Below are positions 1 to 13,435 of a DNA stretch of 64,000 bases, one piece after another (position 1 is the first letter of the stretch; each line of letters begins with the position of its first letter). Position numbers and translations under genes: made by a program. Location of the stretch: assembly GCA_002633005.1 (NCBI GenBank), contig NMRA01000010.1, forward strand, positions 427,252-491,251, written 5' to 3'. This stretch comes from Phoronis australis (taxonomy: Eukaryota > Animalia > Phoronida). The notes under the pieces are model-generated. The model was not told where the DNA came from, ran no database searches, and was given only the letters and a program-made list of their open reading frames with translations.

Positions 1-538
1 AAAGGCAAACGTAAAAAATAGGATTGCCACTATGAGTCGCAATTGTAGTCCAATTAATCAGAAAAAAATGCCATCTGTTGCCATGTTCACAGGAATACAG
101 CCACTTACATTTCACAAGATCCTACAAGATATTTAAGATATAAAGATGCCAAAAAATAGTCACCACGCGATACCACACTAACAGCGATACAGTGATGGAT
201 GCATGATGCCAAGACATAAAGACACAAATGATGTCATATGCATATTATGTGACAACATAAAAATAGGACGTACATTGGTATGTGCCACAACACCAAAAGT
301 GTCAAAGAGAATTGATCACAGATTGTACACATGCAATACACTAGTTATCGATAAACAAATGTGTTTCTTGAACAAGAAATAAATTGAAATGAAATAAGAA
401 GAAATGTTTGGGATCGTTCCCAAAAATCTAAGAAAACTGCTGTTTTCCGAACTCCAAAGAAAAATTGAAATCTGTCCAACATTTTGACACTGATCAGCTC
501 GCACACAACAAAAATCAACAACTTCAATTCTCCTAATT

Positions 539-613
539 GTCCAAGGGGAGATAATTACACAGATATATTTAAAGTCCAAGGGGAGATAATTACACAGATA
601 TATTTAAAGTCCA
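539..613. repeat. 35-bp tandem duplication next to an ARMH3 splice donor
   Basis: GTCCAAGGGGAGATAATTACACAGATATATTTAAA occurs twice exactly, plus a partial third copy. Confidence 0.9.
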
Positions 614-618
614 CTTAC

Positions 619-3600
619 ATGAGTCAGAGTTGTGATAAAGTTTCTGTTGAGGTGAATGGCTTCATACAAAGCGAGCAGAATGGAATCATTCGCCCTGAAA
701 AAAATGTGACAAACATCATACATTGATGGTATGTATGAATAACCAATCACTAGTGAAAAAACTGGTTCATCGCCCTATTCAATGAAAAATTCAAAGAATG
801 AGGTAGTGGAAACAAGAAAAACGCAACAATATTCAAAAGCAAGTTGTAAGTTTCATACCTTAATGTAAATTAATACAATTTGGTGAAATGTGCAAATAAC
901 CAAACACTATTAAAAATACTTTCACCACTCAATTCAGTGCAAAAAACAAAGAATTGCATTGTGGGATAAGTGTCCGTTTCCTTTACTCAAGGTCGTGGGT
1001 TCAAATCCAACTGGGCGACACTGCTAGGCCCTTGAGTCAGGTCTAAAGCTCCTCAGCTCATAAACGGTTCTTAGAGATCAGTGCAATGGGCTCAGCTGAG
1101 TGGCAGTGCACATCTGGTACAATGTGTACTGCAATTATTTTTTCAAGCAAAATAATATTAAGTTGGTAAGATTCGTTTAAGTACCAGTCTTTATTCCGAT
1201 ATAACACAAAAAATAAAAACAAAATACTCACTGAAAACTACAAAAATTGTTTGGTGAATTAAAATCTGAGCGTAAGTTTGAATTCAAATTTTTGTTCCTG
1301 TGAAACATGGTGTGAGTTTTTAGTTACTTCTGTTACTATAACTTTGATAAATCTCAACTTCACCTGTGAGGATTTATATAAATTAGTCTGAGAAATGAGA
1401 GACAGCACTGTAAATGTAAGAGGTCGCTGGCCTGCAAACTACAAGCAATACACAGAGAGCACTAAAGAAGCTAAGTCAAAATTAATCTTTCTCAAGGAGT
1501 TCATTTTCAAGTTGCCCAGCATAAGCAGTAACCATGTTAAACATCATTTGAAATAATAACACAAGAGAAAATGCTGACACTAACTTGATTGCTTGTACTG
1601 TGGTCTCTTCGGGGACAAACATATTACCAACCTGCAACAACATAACTCATTCATGACCCATGTGAAAACTGACCCCTTGTTGACTAGAGGTAGTTGTGAA
1701 ATAAAACTTAGAACAATTGATAAAATTAATATAAATTACAGCTTAATTTTCAGGCCCAAAAAAACTATACATGTTAATTGTAGATCAATAGCAATCATTT
1801 ACTACTGAAAACTACAAATAAATTATTTTAGAAATTTTATATGTAGATCCAACAAATTTTATGAGAAATTAAGCTTCACATCAAGGTGATTTATAAAATA
1901 AACTTATCAACTTATTACTTGATTAATTATAATCAATTACAGTTTGAAACCTTTGAGAAATGGTGAATGTTTGAAGTAAACATAAGCCACACACTTGGGT
2001 ACAATACAATAAGGTAAGGGTATCCACCTATAGTTACAAACGCCACCTGGTGGTGACTTTTTGAACTATTCAAATAATTAACAAATGTTTGCCTTGTTAA
2101 GGGCAAAGGTGAACTGATATCTCTTTAATGAATAAATTACACATCTATACATACAAAGCATGTAAACTGAAACAAGTGTTATAAACATGTGTAATAAAAA
2201 GCTATTTAGGATAAAAACTTTGTTATGGACACCAGTGTGCAGTACACATGACAAGTCCATTAATTAAAGTGGGTAGGCAAACAGAGTTTGATCCTTCCAG
2301 GTCATACGAAATGATGAATGGGGTACTCTTGCGTCTGCTTGAGAGGTGTCGCCTCACAACTTGTTACGCACTGGCACCTTACCCATCTGATCCAAGCATT
2401 TGGAAGGTGATTAACCCACCTACATTCGGATTTAGATTATGAGTTTGTTGTGTGGAGTCTTGAAATGACACAGTTCAAAAAATGTCTTGCTTTATGTGAA
2501 AGTTACAGTGTGTGGCCTCCTCATTCTAAGAGGTCAGTCACTCCTTTCTGTAGTAGTTCAGTCAGCAACAGATAAAATGGCTAGCCTTGAGAATTGTTGT
2601 CCAGAGTGGATGGTAATAACTCAAAGAAAAGGTCAACCTCACTTTCATGATTATGGGCATGTCATATACGGAATGAAGCATGCATGCACACAGCAGCATC
2701 ACTGGCAAGGTCACCAAGCAGGAGGAATTCCGNGGGGGGGGGGAGATTCGTCATTTTCCTAGACTGGTGTATGTTTAACTATGACATATCTGCATTTCAA
2801 CAGAAATTTAACAAATAACATCTTTTGTAAAGATTTGCTAACTTTTGTGTAAGTATACAGCTCGTTTCCAATCAACAATGTTCACATTCCACATAGGTTG
2901 TGTGGTGTCTAGCATGCCAGAAACCACCGCAGCCAAATTTCTTGGGTTTTTCCAGTTATGGAAATGGATTAAACTCTACTCCCCCAATACACAATCAGGG
3001 CATCTACTGTTTCAGTAACAAAATGACATCTTTTGACCATTTTACCTCAAAATCCACAGACGCTTGCACTTGCCTTACACGGAAAAATAAACAAGGAAAA
3101 ACTCTGCTGGCCATATGTTTACAACACATGACCACACGCCTCTGTCTGATTGGTCAGTGACACTACTTTGATTGACATTTGGCAACTGGTCAATTTCCAT
3201 AAATGCAAGCTCTATCCAAACTGAAGAGCCAATCATTGAAAAATGCTTCAAAAGCAGTACACTTGCATTTCACAACCTGAGCTGCATAGCACTGAAAAAA
3301 TACTTCAGGTAGACACAATCTTTGTAGTTACCATGTTTGTTAATGCTGAGAAGAATCCCCCTTGTGGCTGTGCACGTTTGCTGCGGTACTCTCGATTGAA
3401 TTCAGTCAATGTAGAGGACACCACCTGTGCAAATCCCTGAAACACAGCATCAATAATTGAGACTGGCTTCCACACCAACATGACTGTCTCTGATATGAAT
3501 GTCATTTTATCTCCCTGTGCCATTTGAAATGCATTTTTAAGGGAATTTTGATTACTAGACAATAGTCAGTGATTTTGACACATCCTCTCCACTTCCCTCA

Positions 3601-6600
3601 TCACTCCCACCAATGTTGCCAAAAAACAAAATTATCTTAAAGTCCCTCCGAGTGCTAAGTTTGTTAAGTTGAATTTACAAATTTGTTGAAGCAACTGATA
3701 AACTCTGCTCCATTCTAATGTGTAGAACTTTAAGAACGCTGACACTGGTCCTACTCCAAAACATGAACTAAGCTAAATAATAATGCTTTTCAAAGATGGC
3801 ACCTTATGGGGGTTTAATAAATAATAAGAAAAGAGACAAAGCTGTTTGTGTAAAAGCTGTCAGAAGAGTTGCTGCCATCATGGCAGTGCGTGGTGTTATC
3901 ATGTGTAATTTGGACTGCTAACTCGCCATATTAAAGAAAAAAATGGCTTCCACCCCACAACATCAATTAAAACCTTTGTGTTCATAGATAGCAGTGCGTG
4001 GTGTTATCATGTGTTATTTGGACTGCTAACTCGCCATATTAAAGAAAAAAAATGGCTTCCACCCCAAAACATCAATTAAAACCTTTGTGTTCATAGATAG
4101 CAGTGTGTGAGGGTTTGGCCTCTGATTCAAAAGGGTAGACGTCAACTGATTAGGGCGGGTGTGTTTGCACCCATCATACCCTCTTTGACCCAAGCACTCC
4201 ACAGTGTCACGCTTATAAGCACAGCCATGTACCTAGGTTGATTCTACTTACATTCAATGCTAGTTCCTGGTCCAGTATGGACAACTTTACAATGTAAGGA
4301 TTGGCAGACTGAAATACAAAGCAAAAAGCACCGACATTTCAAATGTTCATAACCAGTGCACCATCAGAACTAAATTTACACAAAAACAGCATACTTCAAC
4401 GCACCTCACAGGGCAGTCGCCATGTGTCTAAAAACATAGAACAAGCTAAACGTTTATGACATTTCACGATATCTTAGCACATTGCCACAACCATAATTAA
4501 AAGTCATCACTCACACCATAGACTATATTGTATACGGACTACCAAATCTGTACATCCTAACTGCACAAAATCTCTGATCTCGCACACAATCCACGACCGA
4601 CACTTTCACGATAGGCCACAATGTCACTGTTCACTAACAACACCTGGTGTGATGTACAGTTTGCTCCTGGCAAGTATGTCAACTACTCACCAACTGGAAG
4701 CTGAGTTGAGCATTGGAAGATAGTGATGCCTCCTCTGTGAACTTCCAGAGGAAAAAATTTGAGTTGCAAATCTGTCGTCTATTATGTTCACATTACGCGG
4801 CGTGTTTATCATACAATGCACTTCTCACCTCATACTTCCTGTATTGCACTAGTAGAGTTAGAAGGAGGACTGCGTCCTGTCCATGTGACTGTCGCAGAAA
4901 TGGTGTGGCCAGGATCTGCACTATCGCCTCGAATACACTGTTCATCATAAGATATTCCAGTAACGTGTTCTGGCTCACGTTGTCCGTGGCCTGAAACAAC
5001 ACCAAAATAGAAGAACTGAACAGGAAATTGCATTTTGTCAAATTTCTCAAATAGAATAACATTTCAGGAAATTTTACTTTGTTTTAAGCATGGTTTGTAT
5101 GGCGTAGTTAGTACCAAACAACATTTTGATCACTTGCAATAATGTGATAAGCCTCTAAAAGTAGACACATGGCAGTTTTAGCAATTTTTTTCCCAAATGG
5201 AAAAGATTTTGCCATATACAAAGTTATACGAAGAATCATAGTGACCAGACAGGACTTAAATGTCAAAGGTTAAGGCTCTACCAAAACAGCTGTACCTCAT
5301 TCTCAAAAGACCTAAATACAAATTATAATTCTCTGAGGTCTTTCAAAATTTTAACACAAAACAGAAGAATTTGGAAAAGATACTGAGTACGTATGTACTT
5401 AGTTCTTCGCAATGAGACGATGTTCAGGTGGGTGCAGAGCCAAACTTGAGACTATAAACTGCAACCATATATTTTAATGAAGCTGATACATGTCAACTTC
5501 AGCTGAAATTTTCTAAGTGAAAAAATGCTTACCGTTATGATAACTAACAGCAGTTTCAGAGTCAAGTTCTTGAGACTGACAGACGTCTCTTCTGTTAAGA
5601 TGGAGTCCAAAGTCTCAATGAGAACCTAGCAGGCGAAACAAGACATTCTAAGAAAAATATCTAAAAATCGTGCGACCTTCCCCTCATGAGGTTCCAAAAT
5701 TTCCCCAAGTGATTAAAAGAATGCTGTCAAGGTCTGAACCACAAGTAACTTACAGAGGCAACAATTGAAAACAGCACAAAACGTTAGTTTTGACTACTTG
5801 AGGCAGAGCCTAGAGCCTATGAGGCCTGTTGACAGGGGTAAGAGAATGTTATTGATGGTGACCAGAGGTAGAATTTTCCCCATGCCTCAAAAATTACCCT
5901 CTAAGAAGGCACAGGCACCATTCCTTACAGATGAGTGAGGGCCCTGGAATTTAACACTAACTGTATAATGACATTTCATTTTTATGTTTTCAATGTACCA
6001 ACCACAGGTGATAACATAAATACACAATACTAAGGTGATGAGCTTAGTATAATAAAAAAATGGTTAGATTTTGTAATGATTTGCATCAATATGGAGATGA
6101 AGCTTTTTTGGATTTATAAAATTTTGAGTCTACTCAGTTATTGTAAGTGTAACTGAGCCGATAAGTAAGTTGGTTCAAAATAACATTCAACATTTTTTCA
6201 AACGATGCAGGAGGCTTTTTTTCTTATTAATGCAGCTTCAAAATGACGCAAGTGCAGAGTAGAAACAAACATTTTTCACCCTTGCCCTATCTTGACAATC
6301 CTTCCACTGTGAATATACTCTGTTTGGCCTTTATGCCTACATATGGGCCCTAGGCGGAGCTATGCCTGTCAACCCACACACTTCAACCGCTTATCCATGT
6401 ATGGACAGAGAACTGAGCACTCATGTCAATCAAACGTGCAAAACTCCCAAAATTCACCTGCATCTCTGTTTCCGCATTGTCAAATCCAATGAGAATATTA
6501 ATGACATCAAACCCACAGTCTCGCACACCCTTCTGATGTATCCCTCGTACGAATGCACATAACGTTTGTAGAGCGTTTACTATTCTTATTGGATGAGACT

Positions 6601-8397
6601 CCTTCAGAGCCTGAATGCAGTGGTAACAGACAGTGTTGATGCTCTCCTGAAAACAATAAAAGCACTCTATCAATCAAACACTTTGAAGTTTGCAAACGCA
6701 ACAACTACATAAATGGGATTAAAACAAACAGAATTCTCATTCCTTCGTAATCCTTCACTTCTTTTCTCATATCAGGATTGAGATTCCAAAGCACATAACG
6801 TGGATGGTGCAATGGAAAACAGGTTCTTCACCAAATTGAAGGGCACATAAGAACTAAAAGAGCAAAAAGGCTACACGTGCATTTAACAAACAATACACTA
6901 AATCCACTTATTCACCATCCAGTTCCAGTGTACAAAATATAGAACCACAAACAAGATGTTACATTTTTATTCACTTTCAAAAAGAGCATAATAATCAAGA
7001 TCTTAAATCAAATTATCATCTAGAGAGAATAAGATTTCAGAATCAAAAAGGCAGTGAGCTTGGGTAATCATGTCCAAAAATCTCTGAGCAGCTGTACCTA
7101 CCTTGAGAGCAATGAGTTGGTCTCCTGTCATTTTATCAAACTCCTTCTCAATGAACTGAACGTTGACTTTCAGCAAAAACAGCTCGTCCCAGAAGTTTGG
7201 ATTGTCTCTCCAAGGTTCACGACCCTATAATTAAATTTATGGATAACGGTTTCATTTCCTTGTTGTTTTACAATAAGCTAACAAGTGCTATGCAAGAGCC
7301 CTAGCAAAATTACAATTATACCAGTGTGCATGATTTTCTCTATTGATGTTGCAAACTAACACCATCAAATACAGTTTTACACATTGATAAGTACAGCCAT
7401 CCAGTGGTCTGAAATGACTGTATCACGCCAAGTCGTTTCAAGATTTCCTTCTAGTACAAACAAGAGTAAACTACAAACAATCTACTGTTACGTGTGTATT
7501 TTACACCTATTTCACACAATATGTGACAAAATGATGTCACTGGCTCTCACACTACTTAGTAATTCAATAAAAATGGAAAAGACAGAAAGAAATTACTATC
7601 GAAAAAAACACTCAACTAAGCAATCCTAATAGAAAACATTTTCAGGTAGAATAAATTATTGATAGCAGCTATGAACCTCCACGCCATCTATTGACTAATA
7701 ATTAGTCTCAACTTGTTCCTTACTCAGATGAGAAGTGATTTTTGACCTTGAAAAGAATTTACAGTTTGTTATTCCATCAGACCAAGCTCACAAAATTTCA
7801 AGCCACCCTGAAGTGAAATTTTATAATCTTGGTCCGAAGAAAAAAGAAACTACCTGCTCTTCTAGAACCCAGAAATCACTTCAAAACCAATCAATGATGG
7901 GCCTAAATCAAGAGTTGTTTTATAGCATAAAGAGCGTGTTTAATGCTGTTTTGAGTTAACTTAATTGAACTTGGTATAGTCTTTAGAATTTGGGATATTG
8001 GAACGGAAATAGATTTTTTATTCTGAAAAAGGAGACAGTTTTTGCTTTTACCATGTTTCTCAAAATCTGGACACTGCTGTTCAAGAATTCAAATCCGTAA
8101 ACATTTGTAATGGATAACATCACATTAACAATAAGAATTTAATGTTTTTGTGATTCTTTTGAAATGCCAACAAGGAGAGTAAATATTTCTGAAATTTGGA
8201 TCAACTAATTTTTTGATGTTCCTCACTGTTCAATATTTTTAGCATAAAAGTCATGGTCATACCAGAAATATTGCTTCATATATTTGTACAATCTTTTCCT
8301 TCAGGGCCATACGGGAAGAAGATCCCTTCCTCAGTAAGATCCCCTTGGCAGGAGCAGATGCCCCTGTAGGGGACTGCGGTGGAGAGCTCACACTCAT
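619..8397 (-). CDS. ARMH3: Armadillo-like helical domain-containing protein 3 (C10orf76/UPF0668), 5' portion; gene continues beyond the left edge
   Basis: GT-AG exons join in frame: 8397-8263 ([20 protein letters not shown]), 7224-7102 ([14 protein letters not shown]), 6646-6458 ([24 protein letters not shown]), 5625-5533, 4990-4829 ([29 protein letters not shown]), 4308-4252 ([13 protein letters not shown]), 3436-3332 (GFFSALTNM), 1631-1585, 694-619 ([17 protein letters not shown]). The motifs match ARMH3 as I remember it. Confidence 0.93.
961..1065 (+). mobile_element. tRNA-derived SINE fragment
   Basis: B-box GGTTCAAATCC at 998-1008, preceded by GGTCGTG and followed by a CORE-like CCCTTGAG..AGG segment; no complete cloverleaf. 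Confidence 0.5.
3883..4106. repeat. About 108-bp tandem duplication (intronic)
   Basis: GCAGTGCGTGGTGTTATCATGTG...GTTCATAGATA starts at 3883 and again at 3991; the copies are near identical. Confidence 0.9.
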
Positions 8398-8985
8398 CTC
8401 TTACATTCTGAAACAATCAACAAAATTTAGATTGAGAAGAAATGTGTAGAATCAAAGATCATCACGTTGCTAGGTAACCAGGTGGACTAAACAACCAACA
8501 ACCACAATGTACATTGTTACATAACCACTGATATTTCTCAGTGTCCTCTGGCTAAATCACAGTACCATAATTTCTAGTTTGAGGTAATAACGAGTGGCAA
8601 GCAGCGGAATATCTCTCTTTCATTCACGCTGCCCTGATGTCAAATGTCGCCATATATGACGTGACCAATCAAAGCAATGTCCATAAACAGTCCCCAAAGG
8701 TGTCTGTCTATGCTCAAAAGGTGGATGTTATTATGGTGATGTGACTTTGGTTGTTACAGCTGAGCTTCAGACCAGGGAATGGGTTAGACAGGTCCCCCAT
8801 ATGTGCTATCTCTCCTTGAAGTGACCCATACAAAACCCTCTGCACATTTCTATTTGCCCGTGAGCACATTGAATGTAATGGAGTTCAGTTTCCAATTCAG
8901 TTCAGAGAATGAAGGTCAACTGGAACAAAACTAACTATTGCAACGGTATTGTTGGTGGACATGACACACTGGCATTGGTACGTTC

Positions 8986-9150
8986 ATGCCAATGAAGTAT
9001 TACTGCTGTGCTGTGGGCTGCAACTCCGATGTGAGAAAGCTTGGTCTGTACAAACACTCGTGGATGCGTGATCTGAAATTCTCTGCCTTCCCAACATCAA
9101 TGAGAGACAAGAACATGTGCCTGATTTCCAAAACAAGGTCACACGATTTC
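8986..9150 (+). pseudogene. Degenerate THAP-domain fragment, probably a DNA-transposon relic, antisense in ARMH3 intron 1
   Basis: MPMKYYCCAVGCNS...KFSAFP matches the THAP N-terminal C-x4-C..F..FP pattern; the conserved W, CxxHF and AVPTIF motifs are missing. Confidence 0.6.
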
Positions 9151-9223
9151 TTATCTCTGGAACAAAGGAGAGTTCTTCTAGTAGGTCAATCGCTGCGTAA
9201 TCCGGGGCAGAATTATTATCCAG

Positions 9224-9343
9224 CACTGGTCAGATATAGAGCGGTCCCTGATTTTAAGAACCAGTTTCATCCACTTAATAATTGGTGCATTATTCAGTGA
9301 TTGCCTGGTTCTCAAAATCAGAGACCGCTACATCCGACCAGTG
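9224..9343. mobile_element. MITE with CACTG...CAGTG termini (copy 1)
   Basis: About 40-bp imperfect TIRs (CACTGGTCAGATATAGAGCGGTCCCTGATTTT / AAAATCAGAGACCGCTACATCCGACCAGTG); second copy at 27829-27939. Confidence 0.8.
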
Positions 9344-9708
9344 CCAAAGCCATAGTCCCGGCCAATAGGCGTACTGGTTAATAGTCCTTGGAGAGCGACT
9401 GAGGTGAAAACTTCTTACTTCAGGGGTAAAGTTGGTTGCCGAATTTAGGCAACTGGTGTTTAAAATACATACATCTGGCTGAAATAAGTTCATAGCTTGA
9501 TAGGGGGTATGGCTAGGGGGCTACGTGTTGCATATGTAAACTGGAATTTGCAACAAAATATTGTCCACTTTCCTACAGCAACAAAGTGGATCGTTAAACT
9601 TGACATTAAAACTGGGACAAAGCAATGGTACCCACGATCGACAGCGTATTCACGAATGGCGTAAAAGGGGTCTATGCCAGGGCCAATTTAGACGTTAGCA
9701 CTTTCTCA

Positions 9709-9810
9709 CCTACGCAAGCTTATCTCGATCTTTTTAGAGCATATCTCTCGAACGTACACTTCGATGATGAAAATCACGGAAGCTAGCGATTGACGAGAGC
9801 GCCACGCAGT
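9709..9810 (-). promoter_or_regulatory. Candidate non-coding first exon / promoter of ARMH3
   Basis: Donor-like TAG|GTGAGA near 9708 on the minus strand in a CpG-rich patch. The first coding exon has an acceptor at 8408-8409, so an upstream exon is required. Confidence 0.4.
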
Positions 9811-10036
9811 GGAGAGATTGGGAACTTGAGTGTTCTCACGAAGGTAATTGGAATCCTGCGTGGCTTGAACTTGAAATTGAATGTTCATTTGGACAATCAA
9901 GGGGATTTTTTATTCAGTGTAAATAATTGTTGCAATAATTGGCTCCACGATCACTCATTTTCTCCTGTATCGTAACTCGTGTCCAAGAATCGGAGCCTAT
10001 GAATGGTAGCGTACTACCACTCAAACTTGGCTGATC

Positions 10037-10103
10037 CTCGCTGGTTCCCTGCGTGCTTAGCTCAGCTACCGCCCCACCTAGCGGCACGCAGGGAACCAGC
10101 GAG
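10037..10103. mobile_element. 67-bp miniature inverted-repeat element with 9-bp TSD (Mutator-like)
   Basis: Perfect 20-bp TIR CTCGCTGGTTCCCTGCGTGC / GCACGCAGGGAACCAGCGAG, flanked by TGGCTGATC at 10028-10036 and 10104-10112. Confidence 0.8.
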
Positions 10104-10190
10104 TGGCTGATCCGGCCGGGATCAGTGACCGGCTAATGAAAAAAGATTAAAAATTTACGTTATTCTGTTAGCATGTAATTTTATTTAATA

Positions 10191-10535
10191 GAGTGCAAAT
10201 TTTTATCAACGTGATTATTTGAGTGAACTCAGGGTCGGATCCCGGATTTTGAGATTTTGAGCTAGGCAGGGCACGGGAACCAGTGGATTTCGGCAGACGA
10301 TTATTTCATGTAGTACGAGTGCAAATTTTTATCAACGTGATTATTTGAGTGAACTCAGGGTCGGATCCAGGATTTTGAGATTTTGAGTTAGGCAGGACAC
10401 AGGAACCAGAATTTTGGCAGACGATTATTTAGCAGAGTGCAAATTTTTATCAACGTGATTATTTGAGTGAACTCAGGGTCGGATCCAGGATTTTGAGATT
10501 TNTAGGCAGGGCACAGGAACCAGAATTTCGGCAGT
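10191..10535. repeat. About 120-bp tandem repeat, 3 copies
   Basis: Units start GAGTGCAAATTTTTATCAACGTGATTATTT at 10191, 10317 and 10435. Confidence 0.9.
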
Positions 10536-11531
10536 CGACGGTCGGGATGCGGCGCGCGCCTACTTATAGCCTACTGAAAATGTAGGGATGCAGGTGTCTC
10601 GAATTTTTGGGTTTGTGGACCGACCTTTTGACTAAAAAAAAGGTAAACGGAGTTTGTTCAGGGCCTATGAATTGTTTATTCATTCTCCGAGCCCCATTGG
10701 TCAATGCGCGCATGTGCTAGTCAGCAATTGCACCCGCCACTGCCAATTCGTATCTGGTAGAATTTTAGACCCCCCTCCCAAATCCGCCACTGGAACTCAT
10801 TGCCAAATTTCGTCGTATATCCCAAGTTCACGCACAACGGCCAGCAGATATCGGTGGCAACCGCCACGTGCCATAATGGCCGACTCCTTCGCCACACAAG
10901 CGAAAATACTCCCATTTCGGAAAACATTTCTACCTATACATTTTTGTCTGTCGTTTCCAGCCAGGCCAGGTGGATGGTTGTTTTCCCACAATAGACGGGA
11001 AAATAGTCCCGGTTTCAACATGATGAGTTCAAATTATTTAAATATTCGTTACGCATGATCGCCGCCGGGGATTTGAAAAAAAATCTCACGAACTGCAAAT
11101 GTGGAAAAAGGCGGAGATGCAATGTTTTTGCAACAGTCCGCTTTAGTACTAGAATTCAGAAATAGCGTTTCATGAAACGAACGTGGTCCAGAGCGACTCG
11201 GAAATGCGACTCTTGTTTCTTAACAGGAATGAATAGTGTCCGAGATCGGTAGGTGAGCGACGAATGTTGTGGAGTGTGGAGACGGTCGGGTAAAGGTACG
11301 CCAATTGCTGTATATCTCGAGACACCAGAGGAGACAGCGTAATGGTCTCAGCCAACGGGAAAACGCGTCTTGTTTATTTCTGCGCAAACGTGAAGCTGGA
11401 CTCAGTTCAGTCCTATACCATATTTTAATTTTATTCGTTTTATTCTGTTTTTCATTATTTCTCTGAAGTTCCTTGACAAATTTTTATGAAATATGGCATG
11501 TTCTCGTTTTTTGGATGGATTGTACATTTTT

Positions 11532-11547
11532 GCGCCATCTAGTGTCC
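11532..11547 (-). promoter_or_regulatory. CTCF-like motif
   Basis: GGACACTAGATGGCGC on the minus strand resembles the CTCF core; a similar motif lies at 2041-2053 (CCACCAGGTGGCG). Confidence 0.35.
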
Positions 11548-11998
11548 ATTTTTATGATACAAATAAATAACCCTAAAAGCACACCACTGCGGTGCATTCG
11601 TGGGAGCATTTCAACGCTCCGCGTCGCTCTTGTTGAAGAATTCGGTTGTTGTTGTTCATAATTTGCAGGCTCATGCTACAGAACGCCGGAATCCGGGAAA
11701 GCAATTTTTGTCCATTAAAATAAAACTTTAGTTTATTATGTACAGGACAACATAATTCCAATGGCAGAAACGCTCCTTCACGGAAACTTCTGAACAACAC
11801 AAATGTATAATAAGAAATAAGAAACATTTCATTATACAATATTCATGGATTTAACATTATCTAAAAGACTGGCATATATGACGGCCTTACTGAATTGACA
11901 CTCCACAGAATAGGATATGATAGACCGTTGCATCTTCTGTGTGCATGTGCATGTTAAAATAATGTGTCTGTGTGATGCACCAATCTCTTTAATCTTCT

Positions 11999-12152
11999 AA
12001 TTGACCTATTGCAAGCTCCGCCCCCTTGCGTAATGTCGACTAATAAACAAGTTTTACAAGTAACGTGTTGTTTATCGGGTAAAATGGCGGCTTGGAAACG
12101 AAGGTGTGTGAATAATGCTGCCTTCACTCAAAATCCTGGCGATAGGTCAATT
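11999..12152. mobile_element. MITE with AATTGACCTAT...ATAGGTCAATT termini (copy 1)
   Basis: Terminal inverted repeats; an inverted homologous copy lies at 40396-40574 and another terminus at about 40970-40995. Confidence 0.8.
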
Positions 12153-13435
12153 ACTAGGTCAGAAATGTGACCACATAACACTGCAGGGTACCTCCTCTAT
12201 GCATGTACAAAACTAAAATGAAAACAAAAATGGCGAACGGGTGACTTTCAAAAATCGACTACTGCCATCGCATTTCCATGGCATACCTCATCGGCAAATT
12301 TCGACAGCAGTGGTCAATTTTTTTCCCCGGAAACTGAAGGATAAGCAATTTCTGGTTGAAAACTAGAATGGCCAACAGGGGTGCTATGGTAGTCAAATAC
12401 ATCTGAAGGTAAATTGGTGATGGTGCATTCCAACAACGTACTGCTGCATCAAATAGTTTCTTTTAAAGTTGACCGAAAAAGAATTTCTCGATAAAGCTAT
12501 AATGGCCAACAGAAGGTGCCACCACCGTCTAACTTATCCAAAAACCAACAGGTGCTGGCACATAATTTCACCGTGAGTTATCAAGCAGTTTTCATGAAAA
12601 TAGACAGACAAGCAAAGGACAGGATGTGGAATAAATGCAAACACAAAATCTTGTTGTGGCTAAATACAAGAAGTGTGAAGAATTGTTACAGTCCTCTGAT
12701 ATGCATGATCTTCCTTCATAATGTCAGGGCAAAGCCATTTACATACATTACTAGTGGTGGCAGCCCAACCAAAGCATTAACCATTTGACAACTGGTTTAC
12801 TAATTACGTGGCGATAGCATACATCTACATGCAATCACAATCTCGGAACAAAACAAAAAATAGCTTTTCGCATGTATTAACCCTACTCCAGGAGTATGGC
12901 CAGCTGATCTCATTTTGTTGATTCGGAGTCATCTATCCAAAGATGTCAGGTCATGTGTAGACATCAGCAGCTAATTTCATCACTCAGTGAAAAATGACGC
13001 TTAGTTTGCGAATAGGATAAGTTTCTGCAGATACATGAAAGTGACATTTTAACTTTTTAAAATTATCCTAGCAAGTGCAGTAACAACTCAACCTCATGTA
13101 AAAGTTTAAGCCACATTAAAGTTTACAATTATTTTGCATTTCACGCAGTAAGAGGGGGTTGACAAGGGGCTTACAAGGGGTTTAAATGCAATGTATGATG
13201 ACAGAAATACTGTGAGTTTATCTTGAAACAAATAAATGAATAAAAATGGGAACAAATGAGTGCTAGAAAGGGATGTCAATAGAGTGCATTCTTTTGTGCT
13301 TACATTACTGTTCAATGAGAATAACTTTCCACACACGGTAAATTAAGCAGTATCTTATGAGTGTGTTCTAGTGTGCCTAACAAGACTACAGTGCTCTAAA
13401 AATAACTTTCCACACACAGTAAATTAAGCAGTCTC

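Noticed and set aside
10654-11058. Overlapping 64-134 aa ORFs in a CpG-rich patch
   Set aside because: No domain signature or exon structure; more likely regulatory or repeat DNA.
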